A stretch of DNA of 32,000 nucleotides from Longivirga aurantiaca (GTDB lineage Bacteria; Actinomycetota; Actinomycetes; S36-B12; CAIYMF01), in NCBI RefSeq assembly GCF_042660085.1, contig NZ_JBHSTI010000008.1:930001-962000 (forward strand). Reading direction: 5' to 3'. Shown here one piece after another: positions 17,017 to 25,701 of the stretch (positions within the stretch are counted from its first letter, which is position 1; each line of letters begins with the position of its first letter). The notes beneath the pieces are model-generated. The model was not told the origin of the DNA. It searched no databases and worked only from the letters and a program-made list of their open reading frames with translations. A program made the translations under genes and the position numbers.

Positions 17017-18264
17017 ATGCGGGTCCTCTGCGTCGGCGCCGGCGGCGTCGGCTCGTCCGCCGCCCTGATCGCCGCACGTCGCGACTTCTTCGAGTCGTGG
17101 GTCGTGGCCGACTACGACCTCGACCGGGCCGAGGCCCTCGTCGCCCGGCTGGGCGACCCCCGCTTCGTGGCTGCACAGGTGGATGCCTCGGACGCGCACG
17201 CGGTGGCCGCGCTCGCGCGCGAGCACGGTGCCACGCACGTGCTCAACGCCGTCGACCCGCGCTTCGTGCTGTCGATCTTCGAGGGTGCCTTCCTCTCCGG
17301 CGCCGACTACCTCGACACGGCGATGAGCCTGTCGAGCCCGCACCCGGACAAGCCCTTCGAGCTGCCCGGCGTCAAGCTCGGCGACGGGCAGTTCGCCCAC
17401 GACGAATCGTGGCGCGCCAGCGGCCGCCTCGCTCTCGTGGGCATCGGCGTGGAGCCCGGCCTCGCCGACGTGTTCGCGCGCTACGCCGAGGACCACCTGT
17501 TCTCGGAGATCGACGAGCTCGGAGTCCGCGACGCAGGGAATCTCGTGATCGAGGGCTACGACTTCGCGCCGTCGTTCTCGATCTGGACGACGATCGAGGA
17601 GTGCCTCAACCCGCCGGTGATCTGGGAGAAGGACCGCGGGTGGTTCACCACCGCACCGTTCTCCGAGCCCGAGGTCTTCGACTTCCCGGGCGGGATCGGC
17701 CCGGTCGAGTGCGTGAACGTCGAGCACGAGGAGGTGCTCCTCATGCCGCGCTGGGTGAAGGCCCGCCGCGTGACGTTCAAGTTCGGCCTGGGCGACGAGT
17801 TCATCGACGTCCTCAAGACGCTGCACAAGCTCGGCCTCGACAGGACCGAGCCGGTGACCGTGCGCGGAGTACAGGTCTCGCCGCGCGACGTCGTCGCCGC
17901 TGCGCTGCCCGACCCGCTCACCCTGGGCGACAAGATGACCGGCTCCACGTGTGCCGGCCTCTGGGTCACCGGCACCGGCACGGACGGCCAGCCCCGCGAG
18001 GTGTACCTGTACCACGTGGCCGACAACGCCTGGACGATGAAGGAGTACGGCGCCCAGGCGGTCGTGTGGCAGACCGCGATGAACCCGGTCGTGGCGCTCG
18101 AGCTGCTCGCGGCCGGAGTCTGGTCGGGGGCGGGTGTCCTCGGCCCGGAGGCGTTCGACTCCGTGCCGTTCCTCGACCTGCTGCGCGACGGCTACGGCCA
18201 GGCGTGGGGCATCCAGGAGCGCGACCCGCGCACGCACGCCGTGCTGACGGACTCCCTCGCCTGA
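17017..18264 (+). CDS. Saccharopine dehydrogenase family NAD(P)-dependent protein
   Basis: MRVLCVGAGGVGSSAALIAARRDFFESWVVADYDLDRAEALVARLGD..., ATHVLNAVDPRFVLSIFEGAFLSGADYLDTAMSL, GIGVEPGLADVFARYAEDHLF. ATG at 17017 has SD-like gtgaagga. Confidence 0.82.
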   Translation: MRVLCVGAGGVGSSAALIAARRDFFESWVVADYDLDRAEALVARLGDPRFVAAQVDASDAHAVAALAREHGATHVLNAVDPRFVLSIFEGAFLSGADYLDTAMSLSSPHPDKPFELPGVKLGDGQFAHDESWRASGRLALVGIGVEPGLADVFARYAEDHLFSEIDELGVRDAGNLVIEGYDFAPSFSIWTTIEECLNPPVIWEKDRGWFTTAPFSEPEVFDFPGGIGPVECVNVEHEEVLLMPRWVKARRVTFKFGLGDEFIDVLKTLHKLGLDRTEPVTVRGVQVSPRDVVAAALPDPLTLGDKMTGSTCAGLWVTGTGTDGQPREVYLYHVADNAWTMKEYGAQAVVWQTAMNPVVALELLAAGVWSGAGVLGPEAFDSVPFLDLLRDGYGQAWGIQERDPRTHAVLTDSLA

Positions 18265-18274
18265 TCCCTGCTCC

Positions 18275-18312
18275 CGAACGGGCCCCGCACCTGCCGGTGC
18301 GGGGCCCGTTCG
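18275..18312 (+). terminator. Strong hairpin, 17-bp perfect stem with 4-nt loop
   Basis: CGAACGGGCCCCGCACC-TGCC-GGTGCGGGGCCCGTTCG, 11 nt after the CDS stop. Confidence 0.8.
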
Positions 18313-18372
18313 CACATCCGCCTGACAACCGCTGCCGAGGCGAGCCACTGTTCCTGCCATGGAGGTGGCGCG

Positions 18373-19395
18373 ATGAAGGTCCTTGTCACGGGCGGCACGG
18401 GGTTCCTGGGCTCCCACACGGTGGCGGCGCTGAAGGCGGCAGGCCATGACGTGCGCGTGCTGGCGCGCTCGCACGACCGCGTGGGGCCGGCGCTGAGGCT
18501 GCACGGGCTCGACGACGGGGCGGTGGAGGTCGCCCTCGGCGGCATGGGCGACGCAGGGCCCGTGCGCGAGGCGGTGCAGGGCTGCGACGCAGTGATCCAT
18601 GCCGCAGCCGTGTACTCCTACGACCCGCGCGATGCCGAGACGATGCGCCGGGGAAACGCGTCCGGCGCCCGCACGGTGCTCGAGTCGGCCCTCGACGCCG
18701 GGGTGCAGAGGGCTGTGCACGTCTCGAGCACGGTTGCGCTCGCCCGGATGACCAAGGATGCCCGCATCACGATCCGTGACGACGTCGGCGATCTCGAGGG
18801 TGTCTACGCGCGTAGCAAGCAGGAGAGCGACCGGGTCGTCCGCGCCCTGCAGGCCGCGGGTGCACCGGTCGTGCGCCTGCATCCGCCGGGGATCCTGGGT
18901 CCGCTCGACCCGCACCTCAACGAGACCAACAAGTCGCTGCGCAACCTGCTCCGCCGCACGCCGCCGGTGTTCGGCAGGGAGCGCTTCACGTACGCGGACG
19001 TGCGCGACTGCGCAGCCACCCTGGTGGCGCTCGCGGAGGGGAGGGGCGATGGCGAACCGGCGTGGTTCCCGCCCCTGAACGACGTCGATCCCGTGGCCGA
19101 GGCCGAGGCCGCGACGGGGCGGCAGCTGCGGGTGCTCCGTGTGGGCTCCGGCTTCCTCTACCGGGCCACGGTGCCGGCCAACGCCGTCATCGCCAGGCTG
19201 CCGCGCGGCGTCGAGGCGATCCAGGCCGACGGCGTCCTCATGTTCTCGCTGCGCAGCCGCTTCGAGGACGAGGGGGCCTACGAGCGGCTCGGGGTGACGC
19301 GGACGCCCGCTCGCACGATGTTCGCCGACACCGTCCGATGGCTGGTGGTGCAGGGCCAGATCACCCCGAAGCAGGCCGGCAGCGCGGCCGTCTGA
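18373..19395 (+). CDS. NAD-dependent epimerase/dehydratase (extended SDR)
   Basis: MKVLVTGGTGFLGSHTVAALKAAGHDVRVLAR, CDAVIHAAAVYSYDPRD, VHVSSTVAL. Confidence 0.82.
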   Translation: MKVLVTGGTGFLGSHTVAALKAAGHDVRVLARSHDRVGPALRLHGLDDGAVEVALGGMGDAGPVREAVQGCDAVIHAAAVYSYDPRDAETMRRGNASGARTVLESALDAGVQRAVHVSSTVALARMTKDARITIRDDVGDLEGVYARSKQESDRVVRALQAAGAPVVRLHPPGILGPLDPHLNETNKSLRNLLRRTPPVFGRERFTYADVRDCAATLVALAEGRGDGEPAWFPPLNDVDPVAEAEAATGRQLRVLRVGSGFLYRATVPANAVIARLPRGVEAIQADGVLMFSLRSRFEDEGAYERLGVTRTPARTMFADTVRWLVVQGQITPKQAGSAAV

Positions 19396-19400
19396 CACGG

Positions 19401-19436
19401 CGACGGCTCCCCTCCCGATCGGGAGCGGAGCCGTCG
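19401..19436. terminator. Bidirectional hairpin between convergent SDR and fasciclin genes
   Basis: CGACGGCTCC ... GGAGCCGTCG with inner CTCCCGATCGGGAG. Confidence 0.7.
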
Positions 19437-19461
19437 AACGTGAGCGGAGCGGTCGTGCGGG

Positions 19462-20034
19462 CTACAGGGCGGAGACGTCCACGTCGGCGGGCACGAGGAC
19501 CGCGTCGATCACGTGGATGACGCCGTTGGAGGCGGGGACGTCCGGCGTGACGACGGTGGCGCCGCCGACCTTGATGCCGCCGTCGGTGGTGATGGTGAGC
19601 TTGGAGCCCTCGACCGTGTCGACGTCGCCGGCGACGACGTCGCTCGACGGCACGTTCGCCGCGACGACGTGGAACGTCAGGATCTTGGCGAGCACGTCCT
19701 TGTTCTCGGGGAGGAGGAGCTTGTCGAGCAGGCCCGCGGGCAGTGCCGCGAAGGCCTCGTTGGTGGGTGCGAACACCGTGAACGGGCCGGTGCCGCTCAG
19801 CGTCTCGGCGAGGCCGGCGGCCTGGACCGCGGCGACCAGCGTGGAGAAGTCGGGGTTGCCGGCAGCGACCTCGACGATGGTGCCCGCAGCGGCCGGAGCC
19901 GACGCCTCGGCGGACGACGAGGTGGGCGCGGGGGCGCTGGACGTGGTCGCGCTGTCCGAGCTGCTGCCGCAGGCGGCGAGCGTCAGAGCGGCGATGCCGG
20001 CGACGGCAATGGTGGCGATCCGGGTGGTGCGCAT
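19462..20034 (-). CDS. Fasciclin-domain lipoprotein (Mpt83/Mpt70-like)
   Basis: Lipobox LTLAACGSSSDS, then NPDFSTLVAAVQAAGLAETLSGTGPFTVFAPTNEAFAALPAG ... ILTFHVVAANV ... GVIHVIDAVLVP. Confidence 0.9.
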   Translation of the reverse strand: MRTTRIATIAVAGIAALTLAACGSSSDSATTSSAPAPTSSSAEASAPAAAGTIVEVAAGNPDFSTLVAAVQAAGLAETLSGTGPFTVFAPTNEAFAALPAGLLDKLLLPENKDVLAKILTFHVVAANVPSSDVVAGDVDTVEGSKLTITTDGGIKVGGATVVTPDVPASNGVIHVIDAVLVPADVDVSAL

Positions 20035-20188
20035 GATGGTCCTCCGTGGTCGGCGGTGCCCTGAAGGGCTCGTCTACCTGCCCTTCTCGCCACGGGTGCG
20101 GCGTGGATGCCGGATCGGCTGAGGCCCATGTCACGTGCCGCGGCGCATCCGGACGGGCGCCGTCCGCGCAGCGGTCGCGGGCGTACGA

Positions 20189-20226
20189 CGAAGGCCCCCG
20201 GCCAGCAGAGCGGTCGGGGGCCTTCG
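20189..20226 (-). terminator. Hairpin downstream of gabT
   Basis: CGAAGGCCCCCG-GCC ... GGT-CGGGGGCCTTCG. Confidence 0.75.
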
Positions 20227-20240
20227 CCGTGCGCGGTGGA

Positions 20241-21593
20241 TCAGTGACCGGTGAGGGCCAGGAACTGCTCCTCGAGGACGGTGAGGGCCTCGTCGAGCAG
20301 GTGCGCCGGGATGGTGAGCGGCGGCAGGAAGCGCAGGACGTTGCCGTACGTGCCGGCGGTGAGGACCACGACGCCCTGGGCGTGGCAGGCCTTCGCGACG
20401 GCGGCGGTGAGCGCGGCGTCGGGCTCGTCGGTGCCCGGCTTCACGATCTCCACGGCGATCATGGCGCCGCGACCGCGGATCTCGCCGATGACGCCGGTCT
20501 TGTCGGCGATCGTCGACAGGCGCGGCCTCATGACGGCCTCGATCTCGCGCGCGGCCGCGTTGAGGTCGAGCTCCTCCATCGTCGCGATGGAGCCGAGTGC
20601 CGCGGCGCAGGCGACGGGGTTGCCGCCGTACGTGCCGCCGAGGCCGCCGACGTGCACGGAGTCCATGATCTCGGCGCGGCCGGTGACGCCCGCGAGCGGA
20701 AGGCCGCCCGCGATGCCCTTCGCCGTCGTGATGATGTCGGGGACGATGCCCTCGTGCTCGCTGGCGAACCACGCGCCGGTGCGGCAGAAGCCGCTCTGCA
20801 CCTCGTCCGCCACGAACACGATGCCGTTGGCGTTGGAGTACTCGACCAGCGCGGGCAGGAAGCCCTCGGCGGGCACGATGAAGCCGCCCTCGCCCGCGAT
20901 GGGCTCGATCACGATCGCTGCGACGTTGTCGGCGCCGATCTCCTTGTCGATGCGGCTGATCGCGTCGGCCGCGGCCTTCGCGCCGTCACGGCCGTCGTGG
21001 AAGGGGTACGACAGCGGCACGCGGTAGACCTCGGGGGCGAACGGCCCGAACGAGTTCTTGTACGGCATGTTCTTGGCCGTCATCGCCATCGTGAGGTTGG
21101 TACGGCCGTGGTAGCCGTGCTCGAACACGACCACGGCGTCGCGCTTGGTGTAGGCGCGCGCGATCTTGACGGCGTTCTCCACGGCCTCGGCACCCGTGTT
21201 GAACAGCGCGGAGCGCTTCTCGTGGTCGCCGGGCGTGAGGCGGTTGAGCGCCTCGCACACCTCGACGTAGCCCTCGTAGCTCGTGACCATGAAGCAGGTG
21301 TGCGTGAACTTCGCGACCTGCTCCTGGACGGCGGCGACGACCTTCGGCGCGGCGTTGCCGACGCTGGTGACGGCGATGCCTGAGCCGAGGTCGATGAGCG
21401 AGTTGCCGTCGATGTCGAGCAGCACGCCGCCGCCGGCGGCCTCGATGTAGATGGGCAGGGTGGCGCCGACGCCGGCGCTGACGGCCGAGACGCGACGGGC
21501 CTGGAGCTCGGCCGACTTCGGGCCGGGGATGGCGGTGACCAGGCGGCGCTCCTGGGGGAGGTCCGCGGCAAGAGGGGAGGTGGGGGTCGTCAT
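20241..21593 (-). CDS. gabT: 4-aminobutyrate aminotransferase (class III PLP)
   Basis: GSGIAVTSVGNAAPKVVAAVQEQVAKFTHTCFMVTSYEGYVEVCEALNRL, FNTGAEAVENAVKIAR, VFEHGYHGRTNLTMAMTAKNMPYKNSFGPFAPEVYR, ADEVQSGFCRTGAWFASEHEG, ITTAKGIAGGLPLAGVTGR, GGLGGTYGGNPVACAAAL. Confidence 0.93.
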   Translation of the reverse strand: MTTPTSPLAADLPQERRLVTAIPGPKSAELQARRVSAVSAGVGATLPIYIEAAGGGVLLDIDGNSLIDLGSGIAVTSVGNAAPKVVAAVQEQVAKFTHTCFMVTSYEGYVEVCEALNRLTPGDHEKRSALFNTGAEAVENAVKIARAYTKRDAVVVFEHGYHGRTNLTMAMTAKNMPYKNSFGPFAPEVYRVPLSYPFHDGRDGAKAAADAISRIDKEIGADNVAAIVIEPIAGEGGFIVPAEGFLPALVEYSNANGIVFVADEVQSGFCRTGAWFASEHEGIVPDIITTAKGIAGGLPLAGVTGRAEIMDSVHVGGLGGTYGGNPVACAAALGSIATMEELDLNAAAREIEAVMRPRLSTIADKTGVIGEIRGRGAMIAVEIVKPGTDEPDAALTAAVAKACHAQGVVVLTAGTYGNVLRFLPPLTIPAHLLDEALTVLEEQFLALTGH

Positions 21594-21629
21594 GGCGGAC
21601 AGGCTACGGCTCCAGGGCCGGGGAGGGAG

Positions 21630-21676
21630 GTGGACTTGTTGTCCACTGCTCGCTCTATCCTTGTCCAGCCCGGACA
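21630..21676. promoter_or_regulatory. Two inverted repeats in the gabT/PucR2 divergent intergenic region: GTGGAC-TTGTT-GTCCAC and TGTCC-AGCCC-GGACA, with TTGTCCA repeated 22 bp apart
   Basis: Read directly: 21630-21646 and 21662-21676; TTGTCCA at 21639-21645 and 21661-21667. Confidence 0.6.
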
Positions 21677-21703
21677 GCGTCGTACGGGCGCCCTGGAGGA
21701 ACC

Positions 21704-23230
21704 GTGCCGCCCCGTCTGCGTGACGTCGTCGCCCTGCCCGACCTCGGGCTCACCGTGTTCGCAGGTGCCTCCGCGCTCGACCACTCCGTGCGCTGGGTCG
21801 CCGTGAGCGAGCTCGAGGACCCGGGCCCGTTCCTCGAGGGTGGCGAGCTCGTCCTCACGACCGGCATGCGTCTGCCCACCCAGGCCGCCGACTGCTCGGC
21901 GTACGTGGCCCGCCTGGTGGCTGCCGACGCCGCGGCGCTCGGGCTCGGGGTCGGGCTCTCGCACGCCGAGGTGCCGGCCGCTCTCGTCGCCGCCGCCGAG
22001 GCGCAGGGGCTCCCGCTCGTGCGGGTGCCCGAGCAGACGCCGTTCATCGCGGTCACCAAGGCCATCTCGCGGCTGCTCGCCGCTGAGGAGTACGACGAGG
22101 CGGCGCGCGGGTTCACCGCCCAGCGCGAGCTCATCCGGTCCGCGCTCACGGCCGACGACGGCGGGCCCGCCGCCGTGGTGACGCGGCTCGCCAAGCACGT
22201 GGGCGGGTTCGCGCTGGTGCTCGACCCCGCGGGCAGCGTGGTCCATGCGAGCCCGGCATCCGCCGTCGCCCGAGCCACCGAGCTCGCCGGCGAGGTGGCC
22301 CGGCTGCGGCCGAAGGGCCTGCTCGCGTCGGCCGTGGTGTCGGGCGCGGACGAGTACGTGGTGCTTCAGCCGCTGGGCGTGCGCGGCAGGGCGCGCGGCT
22401 TCCTGGCCGTCGGCGCGCCTCGGCCGCTGTCGGCGAACGACCAGGCCGTGGTCAACCTGGCGGTGTCCCTGCTGTCGCTCGCGCTCGCGCGGTCGGAGGG
22501 GCGGACGGCGTCCGAGCGCGGTGTTCGTGCGGCCGCCGTACGCCTGCTGCTCGACGGGCACGCGCAGTCGCTGCCCCTCGACCAGCTGGGGTGGACGTCG
22601 CTGCGCGCCCGGCCGGTGCGCGTCGTCGTGGTGCGGGCGGCGGATGCGGATCCGGCCGCGCTCGCCGCCGCCGAGGAGCGGCTCGTCGAGGTGCTGCCCG
22701 GCAGCGCGGTCGCGGCGGGGCTCCTGCCGGACGACCCTGCGGTGGTGCTCGCGGTCGCGCCCGCCGCGGCGCTCGACGCCGCCGGAGCCGGCGGGCTCGC
22801 GGCGCCGGACGACGACCTGGTGCGCGCGGCCGGAGTCGGGGACGCGGCCGACGTCGACGATCCGGCGTCCCTCGGTCGCTCGCTGGCGCGGGCGCGCCGG
22901 GCGCTGGCTGCCGGCGCGGACGGCCTGCGCCGGTACGACGACCTCGGTGGCGGGCTCGAGGCGCTGCTCGACCCGGCGGCCGCCGACGCGTGGGCTGCGG
23001 CGCTGCTCGCCCCGCTCGACGAGCCGGGGGAGCGCGCCGACCTCGCCGCCACGCTGCACGCCTGGCTCGGCCGGCACGGCCAGGTCGACGCGGCCGCCGC
23101 CGACCTCGGCGTCCACCGCCACACCGTCCGGCACCGCCTGCGCCGCGCCGAGGCGCTTCTCGACCGCAGCCTCGACGACCCCGGCGTCCGCGCCGAGCTC
23201 TGGCTCGCCCTCACCCGTACGCCCACCTGA
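21704..23230 (+). CDS. PucR-family transcriptional regulator 2
   Basis: LRDVVALPDLGLTVFAGASALDHSVRWVAVSELEDPGPFLEGGELVLTTG and C-terminal TLHAWLGRHGQVDAAAADLGVHRHTVRHRLRRAEALL. GTG start with ggagga upstream. Confidence 0.88.
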   Translation: MPPRLRDVVALPDLGLTVFAGASALDHSVRWVAVSELEDPGPFLEGGELVLTTGMRLPTQAADCSAYVARLVAADAAALGLGVGLSHAEVPAALVAAAEAQGLPLVRVPEQTPFIAVTKAISRLLAAEEYDEAARGFTAQRELIRSALTADDGGPAAVVTRLAKHVGGFALVLDPAGSVVHASPASAVARATELAGEVARLRPKGLLASAVVSGADEYVVLQPLGVRGRARGFLAVGAPRPLSANDQAVVNLAVSLLSLALARSEGRTASERGVRAAAVRLLLDGHAQSLPLDQLGWTSLRARPVRVVVVRAADADPAALAAAEERLVEVLPGSAVAAGLLPDDPAVVLAVAPAAALDAAGAGGLAAPDDDLVRAAGVGDAADVDDPASLGRSLARARRALAAGADGLRRYDDLGGGLEALLDPAAADAWAAALLAPLDEPGERADLAATLHAWLGRHGQVDAAAADLGVHRHTVRHRLRRAEALLDRSLDDPGVRAELWLALTRTPT

Positions 23231-23316
23231 CCCGCTGTCCGGGACGGCGTGGCGGAGAGCCCTGGCTGTACGCAGTGGAGACCGGCAGCGTGCCGGGGCG
23301 CCGTACCGTCGTGACC

Positions 23317-24762
23317 ATGAGCGACGTCCTCTACCCCGCCTGGATCGCCGGCCGCCCCGTCACGACGGGCTCGACCGCCGAGGTGCTCCACCCCTACGAC
23401 GGCAGCGTCGTCGGCGCCCACGTGGTGCCGACCGCCGAGCAGGTGGAGGAGGCGCTCGCGGCCGCGTGGGCGGTGCGGCACGAGTTCGCCGCGACATCGG
23501 CGGCTGTGCGCGCCGACGCCCTGATGCACGTCTCCGCCCGCATCACCGAGCGGGCCGAGGAGATCGCGCGGCTCATCACCGCCGAGAACGGCAAGCCGAT
23601 CATGTGGGCGCGCGCCGAGGCCGCGCGTGCCGCCTCGACCTTCCGCTTCGCCGCCGAGGAGGCGCGCCGCTGGGGCGGCGAGATGCAGCGCCTCGACACC
23701 GACGCCGCCAGCGGCGGCCGGGCCGCGATCATCCGCCGGTTCCCGATCGGGCCGGTGCTCGGCATCTCGCCGTTCAACTTCCCGCTGAACCTCGTCGCGC
23801 ACAAGGTGGCCCCGGCCCTGGCCGTCGGCGCCCCGATCGTGCTGAAGCCCGCGCCCGCGACGCCGCTCTCGGCGCTGCTGCTCGGTGAGCTGCTGGCCGA
23901 GACCGACCTGCCCGCGGGCTCGTGGTCGGTGCTGGCGGTCGGCAACGACATCGCCCCGCTGCTCACCAACGACGAGCGGCTCCCGGTCGTCAGCTTCACC
24001 GGCTCGGAGACCGTCGGCTTCGCGATCCAGAAGGCCGTGCCGCACAAGCACGTCACGCTCGAGCTCGGTGGCAACGCCGCAGCCGTCGTATGCCCCGACT
24101 GGTCGAGCGACACCGACCTCGACTGGGCCGCCACCCGCGTCGCGACCTTCGCCAACTACCAGGGCGGGCAGGCGTGCGTCTCGGTGCAGCGCGTGCTGGT
24201 CGACACCTCGGTGTGGGACCGCTTCGTCCCGCAGCTCGTCGCCAAGGTCGAGGCGCTCCCGACCGGCTCGCCGTGGGACGACACGACCGTCGTCGGCCCG
24301 CTCGTCAACGAGGCCGCGGCGATCCGCGTGCAGGCATGGGTCGACGAGGCCGTCACGGCCGGGGCGACGCTGCTCGCCGGCGGCGTGCGCGATGGTGCGT
24401 CATACAGCCCGACAGTGCTCACCGACGTCCCGGCCGATGCCAAGGTGTCGTGCGAGGAGGTCTTCGGGCCCGTGCTCGTGGTGCAGCGGGTGGACGGCGT
24501 CGACGACGCGTTCGCCGTCGTGAACGACTCGCGCTTCGGCCTGCAGACCGGTGTCTTCACCCACGACCTGCAGGTGGCGTTCCGCGCGCACCGCGATCTC
24601 GAGGTGGGCGGCGTGATCGTCGGCGACGTGCCGTCGTACCGCGCCGACCAGATGCCGTACGGCGGGGTCAAGGCCTCGGGCGTCGGTCGCGAGGGCCTGC
24701 GCTCCGCCATGGACGACTACACGTACGAGCGCACCCTCGTCCTCACCGACATCGCGCTCTAG
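23317..24762 (+). CDS. NAD(P)-dependent aldehyde dehydrogenase
   Basis: GISPFNFPLNLVAHKVAPALAVGAPIVLKPA, SFTGSETVGFAIQK, LELGGNAAAVVCPDW, YQGGQACVSVQRV, EEVFGPVLVVQRV, MPYGGVKASGVGREG. Confidence 0.87.
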   Translation: MSDVLYPAWIAGRPVTTGSTAEVLHPYDGSVVGAHVVPTAEQVEEALAAAWAVRHEFAATSAAVRADALMHVSARITERAEEIARLITAENGKPIMWARAEAARAASTFRFAAEEARRWGGEMQRLDTDAASGGRAAIIRRFPIGPVLGISPFNFPLNLVAHKVAPALAVGAPIVLKPAPATPLSALLLGELLAETDLPAGSWSVLAVGNDIAPLLTNDERLPVVSFTGSETVGFAIQKAVPHKHVTLELGGNAAAVVCPDWSSDTDLDWAATRVATFANYQGGQACVSVQRVLVDTSVWDRFVPQLVAKVEALPTGSPWDDTTVVGPLVNEAAAIRVQAWVDEAVTAGATLLAGGVRDGASYSPTVLTDVPADAKVSCEEVFGPVLVVQRVDGVDDAFAVVNDSRFGLQTGVFTHDLQVAFRAHRDLEVGGVIVGDVPSYRADQMPYGGVKASGVGREGLRSAMDDYTYERTLVLTDIAL

Positions 24763-24773
24763 TTCTTCCTCTC

Positions 24774-24810
24774 AGGACAGGACGCGCCCGTCACGGGCGC
24801 GTTCTGTCCT
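24774..24810 (+). terminator. Terminator-like hairpin after the aldehyde dehydrogenase
   Basis: AGGACAGGACGCGCCCG-TCA-CGGGCGCGTTCTGTCCT; 17-bp stem with a single G-T wobble, then C/T-rich sequence. Confidence 0.8.
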
Positions 24811-24825
24811 CTCCTCCGCCTGCTG

Positions 24826-25296
24826 TCAGAGGTCGAACGCGTAGCAGAGCGTGCGCTCGTCGTGGGCGAACTGGCCGTAGCGCTCGATCTGGCGCCACCC
24901 CAGCCGCTCGTACAGCGCGATCGCCTCGTGCTGCGGCGTGCCCGTGTCGAGCCACAGCGCTCGGTAGCCGGCCGACCGCGCCACCTGCACGAGGTGCGCC
25001 ATCAGCAGCCGCGAGTGCCCGTGCCCGCGTGCTTCGGGGATCACGTACACGCGCTTGACCTCGCCGATGTGCGGCGGCGCGTCCTTCACGGTGGACGCGA
25101 GCGGCTGCACCGCACCGCACCCGACGACCGAGCCCGCGTCGTCCTGCACGATCAGCCATCGCGTGTGCTCGTGCAGCGCGAGGAGCGGTGTCTCGCCCTC
25201 GGTCTCGCCGTAGCGCTGCGCCATCTCGGCCCAGTACGCCGACATCAGCGGTGGGATCCGTGGGTCGTCGGCGTCGACGGGCAGGGTGCTCGGCAC
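24826..25296 (-). CDS. GNAT-family N-acetyltransferase A
   Basis: GEVKRVYVIPEARGHGHSRLLMAHLVQVARSAGYRALWLDTGTPQHEAIALYERLGW. GTG start inferred; the ORF extends to 25362. Confidence 0.8.
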   Translation of the reverse strand: MPSTLPVDADDPRIPPLMSAYWAEMAQRYGETEGETPLLALHEHTRWLIVQDDAGSVVGCGAVQPLASTVKDAPPHIGEVKRVYVIPEARGHGHSRLLMAHLVQVARSAGYRALWLDTGTPQHEAIALYERLGWRQIERYGQFAHDERTLCYAFDL

Positions 25297-25365
25297 GGCC
25301 CCGATTCTCCCATCGGTCGCACGTCCCGCGCTGCAGGGCGCGCCTCGTGCCGACCGCGACAACGG

Positions 25366-25689
25366 TCACGCGAAGTGCAGCCGGGCGGACCAGACGGCGG
25401 CGACGAGCGCGACGGTGGTGACAACCAGGATGACGGTCGTCAGCGCGACCACGCCGGCCGGGATCCGTGCGTCGAAGCAGAGGAAGGCGCACACGGGGTA
25501 GGCCACGGCGATGACGAGCGAGCAGACGAGCAGACCCAGAGTGCCGGCGGCCGAGTCATGCCTGCCGAACAGCAGGACGGTGGCCAGCCAGACGAGCGGC
25601 GTCAGAAGGACGACAGCAGAGCCGAGGAGGTAGCGGCCGAGCCCGATGCGTGCTGTGCCGGTGCTGATGGTCCGCGTGCCTGGCGACAT
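25366..25689 (-). CDS. Small hypothetical multi-pass membrane protein (about 107 aa)
   Basis: Three to four hydrophobic segments (YLLGSAVVLLTPLVWLATVLLF, LGLLVCSLVIAVAYPVCAFLCF, VVALTTVILVVTTVALVAAVW). Confidence 0.55.
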   Translation of the reverse strand: MSPGTRTISTGTARIGLGRYLLGSAVVLLTPLVWLATVLLFGRHDSAAGTLGLLVCSLVIAVAYPVCAFLCFDARIPAGVVALTTVILVVTTVALVAAVWSARLHFA

Positions 25690-25701
25690 ACGTCCACCGC
25701 C

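Noticed and set aside
18275-18312. Very strong palindrome considered as an MGE end or CRISPR-like repeat
   Set aside because: It occurs once, immediately after a CDS stop, and fits an ordinary intrinsic-type terminator hairpin.
16323-18449. 708-aa plus-strand ORF and 16954-19398 minus ORF
   Set aside because: They overlap well-supported MarR, saccharopine-dehydrogenase-like and SDR genes in other frames, and their translations are biased and domain-free.
24774-24810. Long inverted repeat considered as a regulatory RNA
   Set aside because: A 17-bp stem with a 3-nt loop right after an ALDH stop, followed by pyrimidine-rich sequence, is best explained as a terminator.
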